64,000 bases of DNA from Candidatus Bathyarchaeia archaeon (GTDB lineage: Archaea > Thermoproteota > CALKCG01 > B24 > JAGTQN01), in assembly GCA_038850515.1 (NCBI GenBank), contig JAWCLV010000004.1, forward strand, positions 299 through 64,298, read 5' to 3'. The position numbers and the translations under genes were made by a program. Within the stretch, counting starts at the first letter, position 1; every line of letters starts with the position of its first letter. Positions 8,626 to 18,971 of this stretch are shown here, piece after piece. Under the pieces are notes generated by a model, which was not told the DNA's origin, did no database searches, and was given only the letters and a program-made list of their open reading frames with translations.

Positions 8626-9651
8626 ATGAGCTTTGTAGAGATTGCCCTCTTATTGGGATTCCTCCTTTCCTTCCTTATGGCTATAGCCCTTGGAGGAAAT
8701 GACGCAGCTACGCCTACTGACTGTGTCGTAGGTGCAAGGATCCTTACGATCAAGAAGGCCGTTTTGCTCTTCGCCGTTTTCACAGCTATCGGAGCCCTAA
8801 GCCAGGGCTTCATGGTCATGAAAACCATAGGAACCGGCATCGTACCTTCAATAGATCTTCTAGGAGCCATCGTCATCGTTCTATCGGCCTTTACATGGAT
8901 TATGTTCTGCAATTTCTACGGTCTTGAGATATCCGTTACCCATTCGGTAGTTGGTAGTGTCCTTGGTTATGGAATGGCCTCCTACGGTACTGGAGGAATT
9001 CGTTGGGACCTAATCCGTATGGTCATCCTAAGCTGGTTCTCATCTCCCTTAGTGGCTGTACTTCTTGCTTTTCTTTTATACAAGCTCCTCGCCTTTACGA
9101 TGGAAAAGTTCAATAGTCTCTGGAAGGCTATGCCCCACCTCCTCATCCTATCCCTTTGTTACTCAGCCTATGCCTTTGGCGCGAATGACATAGCCAATTC
9201 GACTGGTGTCTACGTTACTGTTACGAAGATAGTCTTGGGCAATCTTCCCGAATATAACATCATGATCCTTCTGGCAGCCTTTGGAAGCCTAGGGATAGCC
9301 GTAGGAGGCTTTTTCCTAGGACCAAAGGTCATAGAAACCGTAGCCTTTAAAATTATAAGGCTTAGCGTCCTAGGAGCTGCCGCGGCAGAGCTTACCAATG
9401 CTCTAACAGTCCATCTTTTTACAACCCTTTCTTACTTCTTCTTTGGCTATGGAATACCTATATCATCATCCCTAGCCAGCGTAGGGGCCCTCGTCGGCGT
9501 GGGCCTCGCCAGCTATGGAACTTCTGGAATCAACAGAAGAACCGTTATGATACTTTCGATGGGATGGGTTGCCACAGTTTTTGTAACCGCTTTCCTTAGC
9601 TACGCTCTATATTCCCTCCTCCTCCCTTATGTGGGACCTATTGTAGGATAA
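8626..9651 (+). CDS. pit: Inorganic phosphate transporter, PiT (PHO4) family
   Basis: Duplicated GANDxxN signature (GGNDAATPT and GANDIANSTG) in a polytopic membrane protein. Confidence 0.85.
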   Translation: MSFVEIALLLGFLLSFLMAIALGGNDAATPTDCVVGARILTIKKAVLLFAVFTAIGALSQGFMVMKTIGTGIVPSIDLLGAIVIVLSAFTWIMFCNFYGLEISVTHSVVGSVLGYGMASYGTGGIRWDLIRMVILSWFSSPLVAVLLAFLLYKLLAFTMEKFNSLWKAMPHLLILSLCYSAYAFGANDIANSTGVYVTVTKIVLGNLPEYNIMILLAAFGSLGIAVGGFFLGPKVIETVAFKIIRLSVLGAAAAELTNALTVHLFTTLSYFFFGYGIPISSSLASVGALVGVGLASYGTSGINRRTVMILSMGWVATVFVTAFLSYALYSLLLPYVGPIVG

Positions 9652-9750
9652 ATGGGATACCCCTTCTTTACGAAGGTCCCTCCCTTTTTGGACTAGGAAG
9701 TAAAAAAGCTTATTTTGCTAAAAGGTGATTAAGTCCTTCTAGGAAGAACG

Positions 9751-10419
9751 TTGTACAAGGGACATGCTAGCGTTTGGCTTGGAAGGAGAAGAGAAAGGGA
9801 CATTCTTAAGCTTTCGGAGGGACATTTTAAAAAAATCATCGACTTAGCGACGCTTCTTAAGAATTTTATGAAAGCTTTTTTGGACAACAATCTTGGAGAA
9901 AAGGAAAAAATGTTCAAGGAAATTTTCAATTTGGAGCGTGAGGCTGACGATGCGAAGGAAAGCATTATCGTAGAGCTTTCAAAAGGGCCCTTCCATCCTA
10001 TGGACAGGGAAGACATTATGAGGCTCATCCTAACCATGGATGGTATTGCCGACAACATCAAGGCGGCTTCGAGGAAACTTATGTATGTGGATTCCTCGGA
10101 GATCCCTGATGAGGTAAAGAGGGACATCCTTGAGCTGACGAACATGGTTTTCGATTCGATAATGAGGTTAGGGGAAGCCCTGAAAGCCCTTGTGGAAGGT
10201 TCGAAGGATGTTTTAAAGCTTGCGGACAGCGTCGAGAGGGCTGAAGAAGCCATAGACGAGTTTCGGGTTGGCCTAATAGCCAGGGTCCTGAAGTGGGGTG
10301 AAGGAGCTCGAAGGATAAGCGTATTGCTTATGTTGAAGGAGGCCATCGAAAACCTAGAGGCTGCGGCTGACGGAACGGAGGATGTGGCAGACATTATAAG
10401 AATGATCGTAGCTGGCTAA
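9751..10419 (+). CDS. DUF47 / TIGR00153 PhoU-like protein, the usual partner of PiT transporters
   Basis: Helical acidic protein directly downstream of pit, with family-like segments ..LEREADD..KEAIENLE. TTG start. Confidence 0.7.
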   Translation: MYKGHASVWLGRRRERDILKLSEGHFKKIIDLATLLKNFMKAFLDNNLGEKEKMFKEIFNLEREADDAKESIIVELSKGPFHPMDREDIMRLILTMDGIADNIKAASRKLMYVDSSEIPDEVKRDILELTNMVFDSIMRLGEALKALVEGSKDVLKLADSVERAEEAIDEFRVGLIARVLKWGEGARRISVLLMLKEAIENLEAAADGTEDVADIIRMIVAG

Positions 10420-10529
10420 TCGTCTAGTTCCGGTCGGAAGCTCCTTAAAATTAAAACTTCTGCCTTGAAAAGCGGTTAATAAGTCCTTTCGTTTCTTCTT
10501 ATAGCTTCTCCTTCAAAAATCGTAGAGCG

Positions 10530-11252
10530 ATGGGAAGCTTTATCATCTTCCTGTTAGGTATGTCTATGGTTGGCTTGAAGTCTCCGGCTAAGTTCGCCTT
10601 TACTTTAGCCTTTGTTTTAGCTTCAAGCCTTTTAATCTACCTCTACTACGGTAAACTGTCAGTTTTCTTCTTGAAAACGAATCCTTTCTATAGGGGACCT
10701 ATTATATTTTTCCTCTGCCTCCTGGGAGCCGTCTCCATAGTGTTTCCCGTTCCCTATACGGCGGTTATCCTCTGCCTATCGGCTAGGATACCGGAACTAA
10801 ACCTCCTCGAGATAGCCCTCTGGGGGGGCTTTGGCTCAGGGCTTGGAGAGTTCCTTGGCTGGATCCTAGGGCGATACTTCGAATCCCAGGTCCAAGATTC
10901 AAGATATGGAAGGAAATTAAGGGCCTTCTCGAAGCTCATAAGCTCTGGCAGGGGTAGGTGGCTCATACCCATAGCCATTATGGCCTTCGCCTTTACTCCC
11001 TTGCCCGACGATGTCCTTTTCATCGTCCTAGGTGCCATAAATTATAGCTTAGCAAAGGCTATCATTCCATCGATTGTCGGAAAGGTTGCCATGCTATACA
11101 CGATAGGAGTCTTCGGTCAGATCCTTGGTTCCTCCGTTTCCATACTGCCAGATTGGGCTTTAATGATCCTTACAGTAGCCCTCGTTGCCGCATTTCTCAT
11201 CTTCATAGAAGTCATCGATTGGGAGAGGCTTGTGGAACGTATCACAGAATGA
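10530..11252 (+). CDS. Polytopic membrane protein, possibly DedA/VTT-like
   Basis: Hydrophobic throughout. FPVPYTAVIL, GSGLGEFLGWILGRYF and FTPLPDDVLFIVLGA resemble VTT-domain motifs. Confidence 0.5.
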   Translation: MGSFIIFLLGMSMVGLKSPAKFAFTLAFVLASSLLIYLYYGKLSVFFLKTNPFYRGPIIFFLCLLGAVSIVFPVPYTAVILCLSARIPELNLLEIALWGGFGSGLGEFLGWILGRYFESQVQDSRYGRKLRAFSKLISSGRGRWLIPIAIMAFAFTPLPDDVLFIVLGAINYSLAKAIIPSIVGKVAMLYTIGVFGQILGSSVSILPDWALMILTVALVAAFLIFIEVIDWERLVERITE

Positions 11253-11322
11253 TAAATTTGAAGGGAACAGCTCTTGTAGCTAGGCGACTTTTCAAATAGA
11301 AAAAGGAGAATAATTTAACAAA

Positions 11323-11332
11323 CTTTATATAC
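11323..11332 (+). promoter_or_regulatory. TATA-like box for mscL
   Basis: ctttatatac is centred about 33 nt upstream of ATG 11361. Confidence 0.4.
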
Positions 11333-11360
11333 ATATAAGGCTAATCTTAAAAAGATTGAT

Positions 11361-11735
11361 ATGTCTAAAGAAGATGAAATTCTAGAAGAGCTGAAGAAGA
11401 TTAGACAACTGTTAGAGCCTAAACCCGCTCCGCCACCGCCGCCTCCGCCAAAAGGGTTAATGAACGAGTTTAAGGCCTTCATTTCAAAATATGGGGTTAT
11501 GGGGATGGCTGTTGCCTTCATTCTCGGTTTATATCTTGGAGCCCTAGTGCAGGCACTTGTTAACGACTTAATCATGCCCATAATTCAGTTCGTCACTCCC
11601 GATGTGCAATGGGAACTTATTGAGCTAGGGCCCTTCCGAGTTGGCCACTTTATAGGTGCCTTTATAACATTCATCATCGTAGCCTTCGTAATATTCATTC
11701 TAGTGAAAATTACGAAAAAATGGGGAATAGAGTGA
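11361..11735 (+). CDS. mscL: Large-conductance mechanosensitive channel MscL with an atypical N-terminal extension
   Basis: NEFKAFISKYGVMGMAVAFILGLYLGALVQALVNDLIMPII and FIGAFITFIIVAFVIFILVK align with the MscL S1/TM1 and TM2 regions. Confidence 0.8.
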   Translation: MSKEDEILEELKKIRQLLEPKPAPPPPPPPKGLMNEFKAFISKYGVMGMAVAFILGLYLGALVQALVNDLIMPIIQFVTPDVQWELIELGPFRVGHFIGAFITFIIVAFVIFILVKITKKWGIE

Positions 11736-12143
11736 TCCTTAGCCTCCTCTCCCCTCCCTTCCTTTCTCGATCTGAGTTTACAGAATTCGCTCTTAATAAA
11801 GAAAGAATATAGCCAGGGTCTTGAAGTCATGGAGCTTATCCATAGCCAGGGCAATATTTTGATTTATGAACGATAAATGTTTACGAAACTTGGCGGCTTA
11901 ATTTTTATTTCTTGAATTTTCTTTCATTCCATCTATTAACATGGAAAAATTTTGAAAAGGGCTATCAAATAAGAAATAACGATGGCTACTATTATTCGGA
12001 AAAAGGAATTTAGCCATAAAGCATTTACTAGCATTCCGATGTTGATCGATCGGAGATTTTTCTTCATTTATGAACATCATTTAGAAAATTGTATCACCTA
12101 GGGTTTTTATCCTGGGGCTCCCTAGCTCAGATTCTAGTTGATT

Positions 12144-14102
12144 TTAAAGCTTTAGCTCCTTGATATCAGCTAGGCTATTTAGATCGTTCACTTTCAACTT
12201 CCCGTCGGAGATTGTATAGAGGGTGCCATCGATATACAAGGCTCTTTTCACGAAATACCTCTCTTCCAAGGATCCAAGAGCCTCGAGGTGCGTAACCCTT
12301 CCTACCAAATCAAGCTCCGACTCCCCTATACGAAAGATATAGACGCCCTGCCAGATGTAATCCCCATAGGCGTAGGGTGGGACTCCCTTTGGATAATTTT
12401 CTTCGTCGATCTCAGCAAGGAGGATCGGAAGGATGAGGATTCCCCTTCGCTTATCTAATAATAGAGCCTTATGGTCCCTAAGGATTGGGGAATCGGTTCC
12501 ACGATCCCCGATTTCATATTTGGCGATTTCCCTAGGCCTTTCAATATCTCTGACATCAAAGATGGATATCTTGATTCCTTGGTACCAGGCAAAATCCTCG
12601 GAAGCTTCGGCTTCCACGGTCTCCTTCCCTATGCCTAGGATGATTCCATCGCCGTAAGGATGAAGATAGTCTGAATATCCGCTTATCTTTAGGGCTCCAA
12701 GGGCTTTGGGATTCCTAGGATCCTCTAGATCTATAGTGAATAGAGGGTCGACCTTCTTGAAGGTGACAAGATAACCTCGGTTTCCAAGAAACCTAGCTGA
12801 GTATATGGTCTCTCCAGGGGCTAGCCCTTCGAGTCTTCCAACGATAGAAAGGCTTAGATCGAGGACGTAAAGGCTATTGGATGAAAGGAAGCCTTCTTCC
12901 CTCGAATAGCTATGAACGGTCGTCGCAATCCGAAAGTATCCGTTATGCTCATCCATGGAGAATTGGTTCAGAACATGCCCCGGTACAACCCCGCTCGCTT
13001 CATACTCGATTTCGCCAGAGTCCATGATGCGAAGCCTATGGATCTCCGTTCCATCAGATTCCGAATCTGAGACCTTTCCCAATGAGTTTCCATAACCCAG
13101 CATCCTTGGGATCGCCACATAGACATTCTCCATGGATACGTAAACGGCGCTTGCAGTTCCAAGAAGAAGGACTTCATGTTCCGGAGGTTCTAGATTCCTT
13201 ATGGTGAAGGAAAGGATCGTCGTGAAGGCATACCAGTAGTCGGCGGAGGCGTTGGAATAGTAGATTTGCGAGGCTTCGATCCTTTCGAAATTTCCATCGT
13301 AAGAAATTATTGGGAGCATAACCTCCCCCTCGATTACGATGGTAGGTTGGCTGACAAAGAGATATACGTAATCGCCGATCATCCTTGATGTGAAATAACT
13401 TCCGTTGACCGAAATCACCCTTAGAAGGTTTGGCTTTTCCCGATCCTCGATGCTGTATATCCAAGCTCTGGTTTCCGCTTGCCATGAAATAGGCGGAACA
13501 ATCGATATCGAGGTTGAAACGTTGGGAGAAGCCTTTGCATCCTTTTTCGAATAAAGGAAGGTATCGTAGAATTCCTCGAAGACAACGAGCCTATCGTCCT
13601 TGACGAGAAGACCCCTTATCGTCCCGTTAAAGTCCACCCGAGCTAGAACCTTGGCCCTCTCGGGAGGATATGCCCTGATTATGATTAGGCGTTCATAAGA
13701 GGCGAAGTAAATGTACTCTCCATCGCATTTCACAACGTCTGCCTCATCGACGCCTTCAACTTGCACATTCGTTAGGGAATATTCATAAACGGAGGAAGCT
13801 TGGGGAGCCTTGGTAAAAACCCCCGCGTCCTCTGAGAGGGTCGGGTAGAAGCCCCGGCTCCTGTTCGTAATCCTGCTATTGTTTAAGAAGACCTTCAATT
13901 CTTCATAGGACGAAAACCTTGAAAGCTCGCCGGTTGTCTTTATGACTTTTAAACCCAAGGAAAGGTTCAAGAAGTTTAGGATTGCGAATCCAAAGATCGA
14001 TAATATAACGGAAAGGGCATAGATGCGTAGAAGAATCTTCTTCCTCCTACCTATATTCCCTCTTGAATTCGAATTTTCTGAGGATTTCTCTTTCACTTTC
14101 AT
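12144..14102 (-). CDS. Membrane-anchored or secreted beta-propeller domain protein (COG4880 / PF09826-like)
   Basis: N-terminal transmembrane anchor. VQVEGVDEADVVKCDGEYIYF and LVTFKKVDPLFTIDLEDPRNPKALGALKISGYSDYLHPYGDG are typical of the family. Confidence 0.75.
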   Translation of the reverse strand: MKVKEKSSENSNSRGNIGRRKKILLRIYALSVILSIFGFAILNFLNLSLGLKVIKTTGELSRFSSYEELKVFLNNSRITNRSRGFYPTLSEDAGVFTKAPQASSVYEYSLTNVQVEGVDEADVVKCDGEYIYFASYERLIIIRAYPPERAKVLARVDFNGTIRGLLVKDDRLVVFEEFYDTFLYSKKDAKASPNVSTSISIVPPISWQAETRAWIYSIEDREKPNLLRVISVNGSYFTSRMIGDYVYLFVSQPTIVIEGEVMLPIISYDGNFERIEASQIYYSNASADYWYAFTTILSFTIRNLEPPEHEVLLLGTASAVYVSMENVYVAIPRMLGYGNSLGKVSDSESDGTEIHRLRIMDSGEIEYEASGVVPGHVLNQFSMDEHNGYFRIATTVHSYSREEGFLSSNSLYVLDLSLSIVGRLEGLAPGETIYSARFLGNRGYLVTFKKVDPLFTIDLEDPRNPKALGALKISGYSDYLHPYGDGIILGIGKETVEAEASEDFAWYQGIKISIFDVRDIERPREIAKYEIGDRGTDSPILRDHKALLLDKRRGILILPILLAEIDEENYPKGVPPYAYGDYIWQGVYIFRIGESELDLVGRVTHLEALGSLEERYFVKRALYIDGTLYTISDGKLKVNDLNSLADIKELKL

Positions 14103-14173
14103 TTATACTCACTCTATCGTACCTACTGAGGGCTTGCTATTCTATTTGCAACGCTTGCCTTAATCCTAAGCCT

Positions 14174-14189
14174 TAGAACAATTGTTCTA
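14174..14189. promoter_or_regulatory. Perfect 16-nt palindrome in the 400-bp divergent spacer
   Basis: tagaacaattgttcta equals its own reverse complement. Confidence 0.35.
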
Positions 14190-14471
14190 GGGTCTAGACA
14201 TCCTTCATGGAATTCCCTCTTCCATCGAGGGTTTCGAAAATTGAGCTTTTGACGCAGCTTCTTCCCATCCATCCGGTTCCGAAGCGGCATGACTACTCGA
14301 TCCGTATCGTGACCCCTAGGGAAGCTTTGTCCTAGCCTTAGAGCCTAGTTTTCCATAGCTCACTTCACACCAGCCCATATATCACATCACAACATCTTCT
14401 ATGAATGGGGAACTGATGCAAGGAATTGAATAAAAATTATAAAATCAAACAATCGCTCAAGGTAAGAGAAA

Positions 14472-14483
14472 GCTTAAAATTTT
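14472..14483 (+). promoter_or_regulatory. TATA-like box for tpiA (suggests a leaderless or very short leader mRNA)
   Basis: gcttaaaatttt is centred about 25 nt upstream of ATG 14503, with no SD in between. Confidence 0.4.
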
Positions 14484-14499
14484 GACTTAGAAAGTTTAA

Positions 14500-15189
<690 letters not shown>

Positions 15190-15407
15190 CCCATCGAGAC
15201 AGGAAGGTTAAAGGATCTATGAAGTGAAAAAGGCGAAAGGAAAAATGGAGGCAGATGGAAGCGACGGGATGCTAATTCTCCCATTTTTTACATAAGCCTA
15301 ATGCCCTCTCTTCCGCCTATGAAGGAAAGACCCCTCGAATCTAGCGCATCAGAAGCTTCCAGATCCTTTCGTATCGATAAAAGGCATCGAATCCCTTTTT
15401 CTAAAGC

Positions 15408-15863
15408 CTAGAGTCTTCTAAACCTTATCATCTCTGCCCCTTCCCATCGGATTCTTCCAGCAGCCTTGGCAAACTCCTCGAGTCCCTCGGTTATTCTGGC
15501 AAAAAGGTTTCCACCTGAGCCCTTCGCATGCCTATCATAGTATATGACGATCTCAGCATAGTCGGTCGTAGAGGTGCCCACATAGGACCCTTCCTTCGTT
15601 ACAGGTCCGGCCATGTAATAGTAACACAGGTCCCCTGGAAGGACATCCCAGACCAGATTCTCGGGCTCAATCTTCAAAACCTTTGGCGGGTCAAGATATG
15701 TGAGAATCTCCGCACCGGACCAGGCGCATGTTATGAACTTGAAATCGGCTGGGAGAATCCCTAGGATGGCTTGGCATGTCTTAGGAGCCTCATCCATAAG
15801 GAGCGTTGCTACTGCCCTAACCTTCTGTCTCAGCATGAATAGCTCTATCCTTTCCTTAACCAT
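15408..15863 (-). CDS. DUF3830-like (cyclophilin-like fold) protein, copy A
   Basis: EAPKTCQAIL..AWSGAE..NLFARITEGLEEFAKAAGRIRWEGAEMIRF matches my recollection of the DUF3830 family pattern. GGGAGG SD upstream. Confidence 0.65.
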   Translation of the reverse strand: MVKERIELFMLRQKVRAVATLLMDEAPKTCQAILGILPADFKFITCAWSGAEILTYLDPPKVLKIEPENLVWDVLPGDLCYYYMAGPVTKEGSYVGTSTTDYAEIVIYYDRHAKGSGGNLFARITEGLEEFAKAAGRIRWEGAEMIRFRRL

Positions 15864-15893
15864 GGCTTCCCTGGCCTCCCTACTTCGAATCGA

Positions 15894-16352
15894 TTACTTC
15901 GATTCTAGGATCGCCTCCTTGGCTCCCTCGATCCTTATTCGCCTACCAAGGCTGAAGAGGCTCCCAAAATTCGAGGAAACGATTCCGAAGAGGTTCACGG
16001 CCTTAGCTCCCCTTACGTAGGATGGGCGAGCAGACCTTCCATAGACGAAGCCTAGCTCTACATACTCATCGACGCCATGGATTAGCCCTGGATCGTCCCA
16101 GTAGCTGTACCAGTACGTAACGTCCCTTGGTCTCACATCCTTAACCAGATTCTCCTTTGGAGCCTTCATCATATCGTGTCCCCTAAGCTCTATCGTGACC
16201 ATCTGGCCTGAATAATTCGTATGGACGAGCTTTCCTCTGATGGGGAGGGAGCCTAAAATCGCTTTACAGGTCCCAGGGGCCTCCTCCTCTAGAAGGAGGA
16301 TCTCCGCCTCAAAGCCTTCCCCTGGCAATTTAAGGACCAGGGCCTTTGCCAT
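15894..16352 (-). CDS. DUF3830-like (cyclophilin-like fold) protein, copy B
   Basis: EEAPGTCKAILGSLP..NYSGQ..NLFGIV..RIRIEGAKEAIL is a paralog of copy A. AGGAGG lies 8 nt upstream of the ATG. Confidence 0.65.
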   Translation of the reverse strand: MAKALVLKLPGEGFEAEILLLEEEAPGTCKAILGSLPIRGKLVHTNYSGQMVTIELRGHDMMKAPKENLVKDVRPRDVTYWYSYWDDPGLIHGVDEYVELGFVYGRSARPSYVRGAKAVNLFGIVSSNFGSLFSLGRRIRIEGAKEAILESK

Positions 16353-16363
16353 ATCAAAGCCTC

Positions 16364-17452
16364 CTAGAAAACGACTTCCCCTGCCCTTATCACATGGATC
16401 GCCTCGAGCTTATATCTTCCCCTCCTAGTTTCGCCAACCGAGTCTAGGAAGGAGAAGGTTCCCTCTAGAACCTTAAAGCAAGCCACATCGCCGCACGCGC
16501 CAATCTTAAGGGTTCCTATCTCATCCTCCTTCCTCAGAACTATGGCTGGATTCCAAGTGGAACGCTTTACAACCTCCTCCAAAGGCATGCCTAAGGCTAA
16601 CCACTTGGACATGGTGGTTGGCATATCGTACACGGGGCCCCTTAGGCACCTTTTGTGCAAGTCTGTACTTATCGTAAAAGGCAGTAAGCCCTGCTCCAAG
16701 CATTTCTCGGCCACTTGGAAGCTGAAGCCAGACCTTCCGTGACCTTGATCCAAGTAGACGCCGCGATTGACGGCCTCCCATACCTCAGGAAGGACCTTTC
16801 CGTTTTCATCCAAGAGCCCTTTCCTAGGAGGAGGATGGAAGCTGTGGGTAAGGACATCCCCCTTGTAAAGGCGACCCAGAATCGTCTTAAGCTCAAGTCC
16901 GTAAGGCTCGCACATTAGTATGCATTCTCCCCAATCGGCCGCATCCCTTGCCATCGAAAGCGTAGCCGCATCTTCCTCCGGGGGACCATGATGCCACTTA
17001 ATGCCGATGACAAGATCCCTGTTAGCCTTTACAGCCTCAGCATAGCGTCCTCCCTGGCGTCTCATGCATAGGAGAGCGTATACCCTAGTCCTTGACCTAT
17101 TGGCTATGTAATACCTGAAGGCATCCACATCCTCAGGGTATATGGAACCCGCATCTAGGACCGTGGTTACTCCCTTAGAAAGGCTTGTGGAATCGACCTC
17201 CAAGGTATCGCAGGACCAGTGACCCAGAAGGTAGTATACATGCGTATGGAGATCTATTAAACCTGGAGTAACTATCAGCCCCTTCGCGTCTAAAAGATGC
17301 CTCGAATTCGATGGGTCGATGCCCTCCTTCAATTCGGCTACCTTGCCTTCAAGGATGGCCACATCCATCTTGGCCTTTATGCCTTGGGATGGGTCGATTA
17401 ATAAGCCATCCTTGATGAGAAGGTCGTACTTGACCACAAGCGATGCACCCAC
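16364..17452 (-). CDS. Metal-dependent amidohydrolase (COG3964-like, dihydroorotase/deacetylase-related)
   Basis: YDLLIKDGLLIDP, GLIDLHTHVY (HxH metal site) and a C-terminal beta-sandwich. GTG start at 17452 or 17437. Confidence 0.75.
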   Translation of the reverse strand: MGASLVVKYDLLIKDGLLIDPSQGIKAKMDVAILEGKVAELKEGIDPSNSRHLLDAKGLIVTPGLIDLHTHVYYLLGHWSCDTLEVDSTSLSKGVTTVLDAGSIYPEDVDAFRYYIANRSRTRVYALLCMRRQGGRYAEAVKANRDLVIGIKWHHGPPEEDAATLSMARDAADWGECILMCEPYGLELKTILGRLYKGDVLTHSFHPPPRKGLLDENGKVLPEVWEAVNRGVYLDQGHGRSGFSFQVAEKCLEQGLLPFTISTDLHKRCLRGPVYDMPTTMSKWLALGMPLEEVVKRSTWNPAIVLRKEDEIGTLKIGACGDVACFKVLEGTFSFLDSVGETRRGRYKLEAIHVIRAGEVVF

Positions 17453-17629
17453 GGTCCCCTTTATACATAGAAAGGAAAAAAGCTTGCCTAGGATTCAGGT
17501 TCCACTGGCTCGACCGAAGGCTTGAATGATGTAGCATAAGCTTGGACGCCATTAAATTAGATTAGATGCCGGAAGCCCTTACCCACAATTTTTAAGGAGT
17601 TCCCATAATTATAGCCTTGGTGAATACCT

Positions 17630-18763
17630 ATGATGATTAGGAGCCTTGAGACAATCCTTCTTTCCAGTCCAGTTCCTAAGGAGCACCAGCTCAATTGGGA
17701 TGGTAGGGCCTACGGTCAAAGGGTCCTTAAGAACGACATGATGATCGTCCGAATCGAGACGGATGATGGAATCGAGGGCATAGGAGAGCCTAGCGTCTAC
17801 GGGAATCCAAAGCTTATGGAGACTTGGCTCAGGGATCATAAAGCCATGTTCTTAGGAAAGGATCCCTTCGATGCCCTTCATATCGCTACTCCTACCCTTT
17901 ATTATGGATGGACTGTCAATTGTGCCTTGGCAGGCGTAAATCAAGCCCTATGGGACATCCTAGGAAAGGCTTCGAAGGTTCCAGTTTACAAGCTTTTAGG
18001 CGGAAAACGTACGGATCGAATAAAGGTCTACGCAAGCGCCGGTCAGCTTGGAAATACGGTTGAAGAGATAAGGCGCGAGGCCGAGAAGTTCAGGGAGGAG
18101 GGCTTTCTAGGCTATAAGCTAAGGGTAACCCTCGAGGACTATAGGGAGAAGGTTAGGGCGGCCAGGGAAGGTCTCGGGAAGGACTTAGATCTCATGGTGG
18201 AGTGGAACATGAGGCTTCCGAGTGCGAAGGTTGCCATCAACGCTATAAGAAATATTGAGCGTTATGATTTAACCTGGGTTGAGGAGCCCCTTCCCGGATC
18301 CGATATCGAAGGCTATGCTGAACTGAGGAAGGCCGTTGACGTGCCTATATCTGGGGGCGAAGGTCTAGCCACAAGATGGGAATTCAAGGTTAGGCTTGAA
18401 AAGGGCTGCTATGGAATCGTCCAGCCAGACTGTGATGTGGCGGGGATAAGCGAGGCTAGCCGAATAGCCTTCATGGCAAGCTTGGAGGAAGTCCTTCTAT
18501 GTCCTCACAATTGGCATAACGCCATAAACACTGCCGCCAATGTCCAGCTGATGGCATCATCGCCCAATCAGTTCTACCTCGAATCGAACAGGTCTTGGAA
18601 CAACAGCTGCCCCGAGTTCCAAGAGCAAATCGTCAAGAATCCCCTTCTTCCAAGGAAAGGCTACATCGAAGTTCCGGATAGGCCAGGGCTTGGAGTCGAA
18701 CTGGATAAGGAGGCTCTAAAGAGGTTCCCATATCTAGACATAGAGAGGGCTGCACCCCTTTAA
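17630..18763 (+). CDS. Enolase-superfamily enzyme (mandelate racemase / muconate lactonizing family, sugar-acid dehydratase-like)
   Basis: MIVRIETDDGIEGIGE, TWVEEPL, ISGGE, IVQPD. Confidence 0.8.
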   Translation: MMIRSLETILLSSPVPKEHQLNWDGRAYGQRVLKNDMMIVRIETDDGIEGIGEPSVYGNPKLMETWLRDHKAMFLGKDPFDALHIATPTLYYGWTVNCALAGVNQALWDILGKASKVPVYKLLGGKRTDRIKVYASAGQLGNTVEEIRREAEKFREEGFLGYKLRVTLEDYREKVRAAREGLGKDLDLMVEWNMRLPSAKVAINAIRNIERYDLTWVEEPLPGSDIEGYAELRKAVDVPISGGEGLATRWEFKVRLEKGCYGIVQPDCDVAGISEASRIAFMASLEEVLLCPHNWHNAINTAANVQLMASSPNQFYLESNRSWNNSCPEFQEQIVKNPLLPRKGYIEVPDRPGLGVELDKEALKRFPYLDIERAAPL

Positions 18764-18971
18764 CAACTGGTAGGGGCTTAGTTCCAAAAAAGCCCAGCCC
18801 TCAGAAAGGCCCTCATACATTTCATTTTTCGCTTTTTAAGTGCAAGGAGAAAGCCTTGGAGAAGAAAAGGGAAGGAAGGAAAGGAAAAGGACGGACCTTC
18901 TTCATCCCGATATAGTATAGCCCAGATTCAGCAACAATCTCTAAGTGCTGTATTGTATGGAAACTATGATG

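Noticed and set aside
9729-10394. A 221-aa minus-strand ORF that mirrors the whole DUF47 gene.
   Set aside because: It is Ser/Ala/Leu-rich low-complexity sequence, exactly antisense to a gene with clear family features. This is the typical shadow ORF produced by GAR/AAG-rich codon usage.
11862-12075. A 10-nt direct repeat atttatgaac (11862-11871 and 12066-12075) flanking an A/T-rich ~200-bp segment, considered as a MITE-like insertion with target-site duplication.
   Set aside because: There are no terminal inverted repeats inside the flanks. A 10-mer of this composition can recur by chance in A/T-rich DNA. The 60-aa ORF 11898-12080 has no recognisable features.
12108-12150. The tRNA-like string ggggctccctagctcag.
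   Set aside because: Beyond the tagctcag D-loop-like word there is no acceptor/T-arm complement and no GTTCRANYC box. The string overlaps the stop region of the beta-propeller gene.
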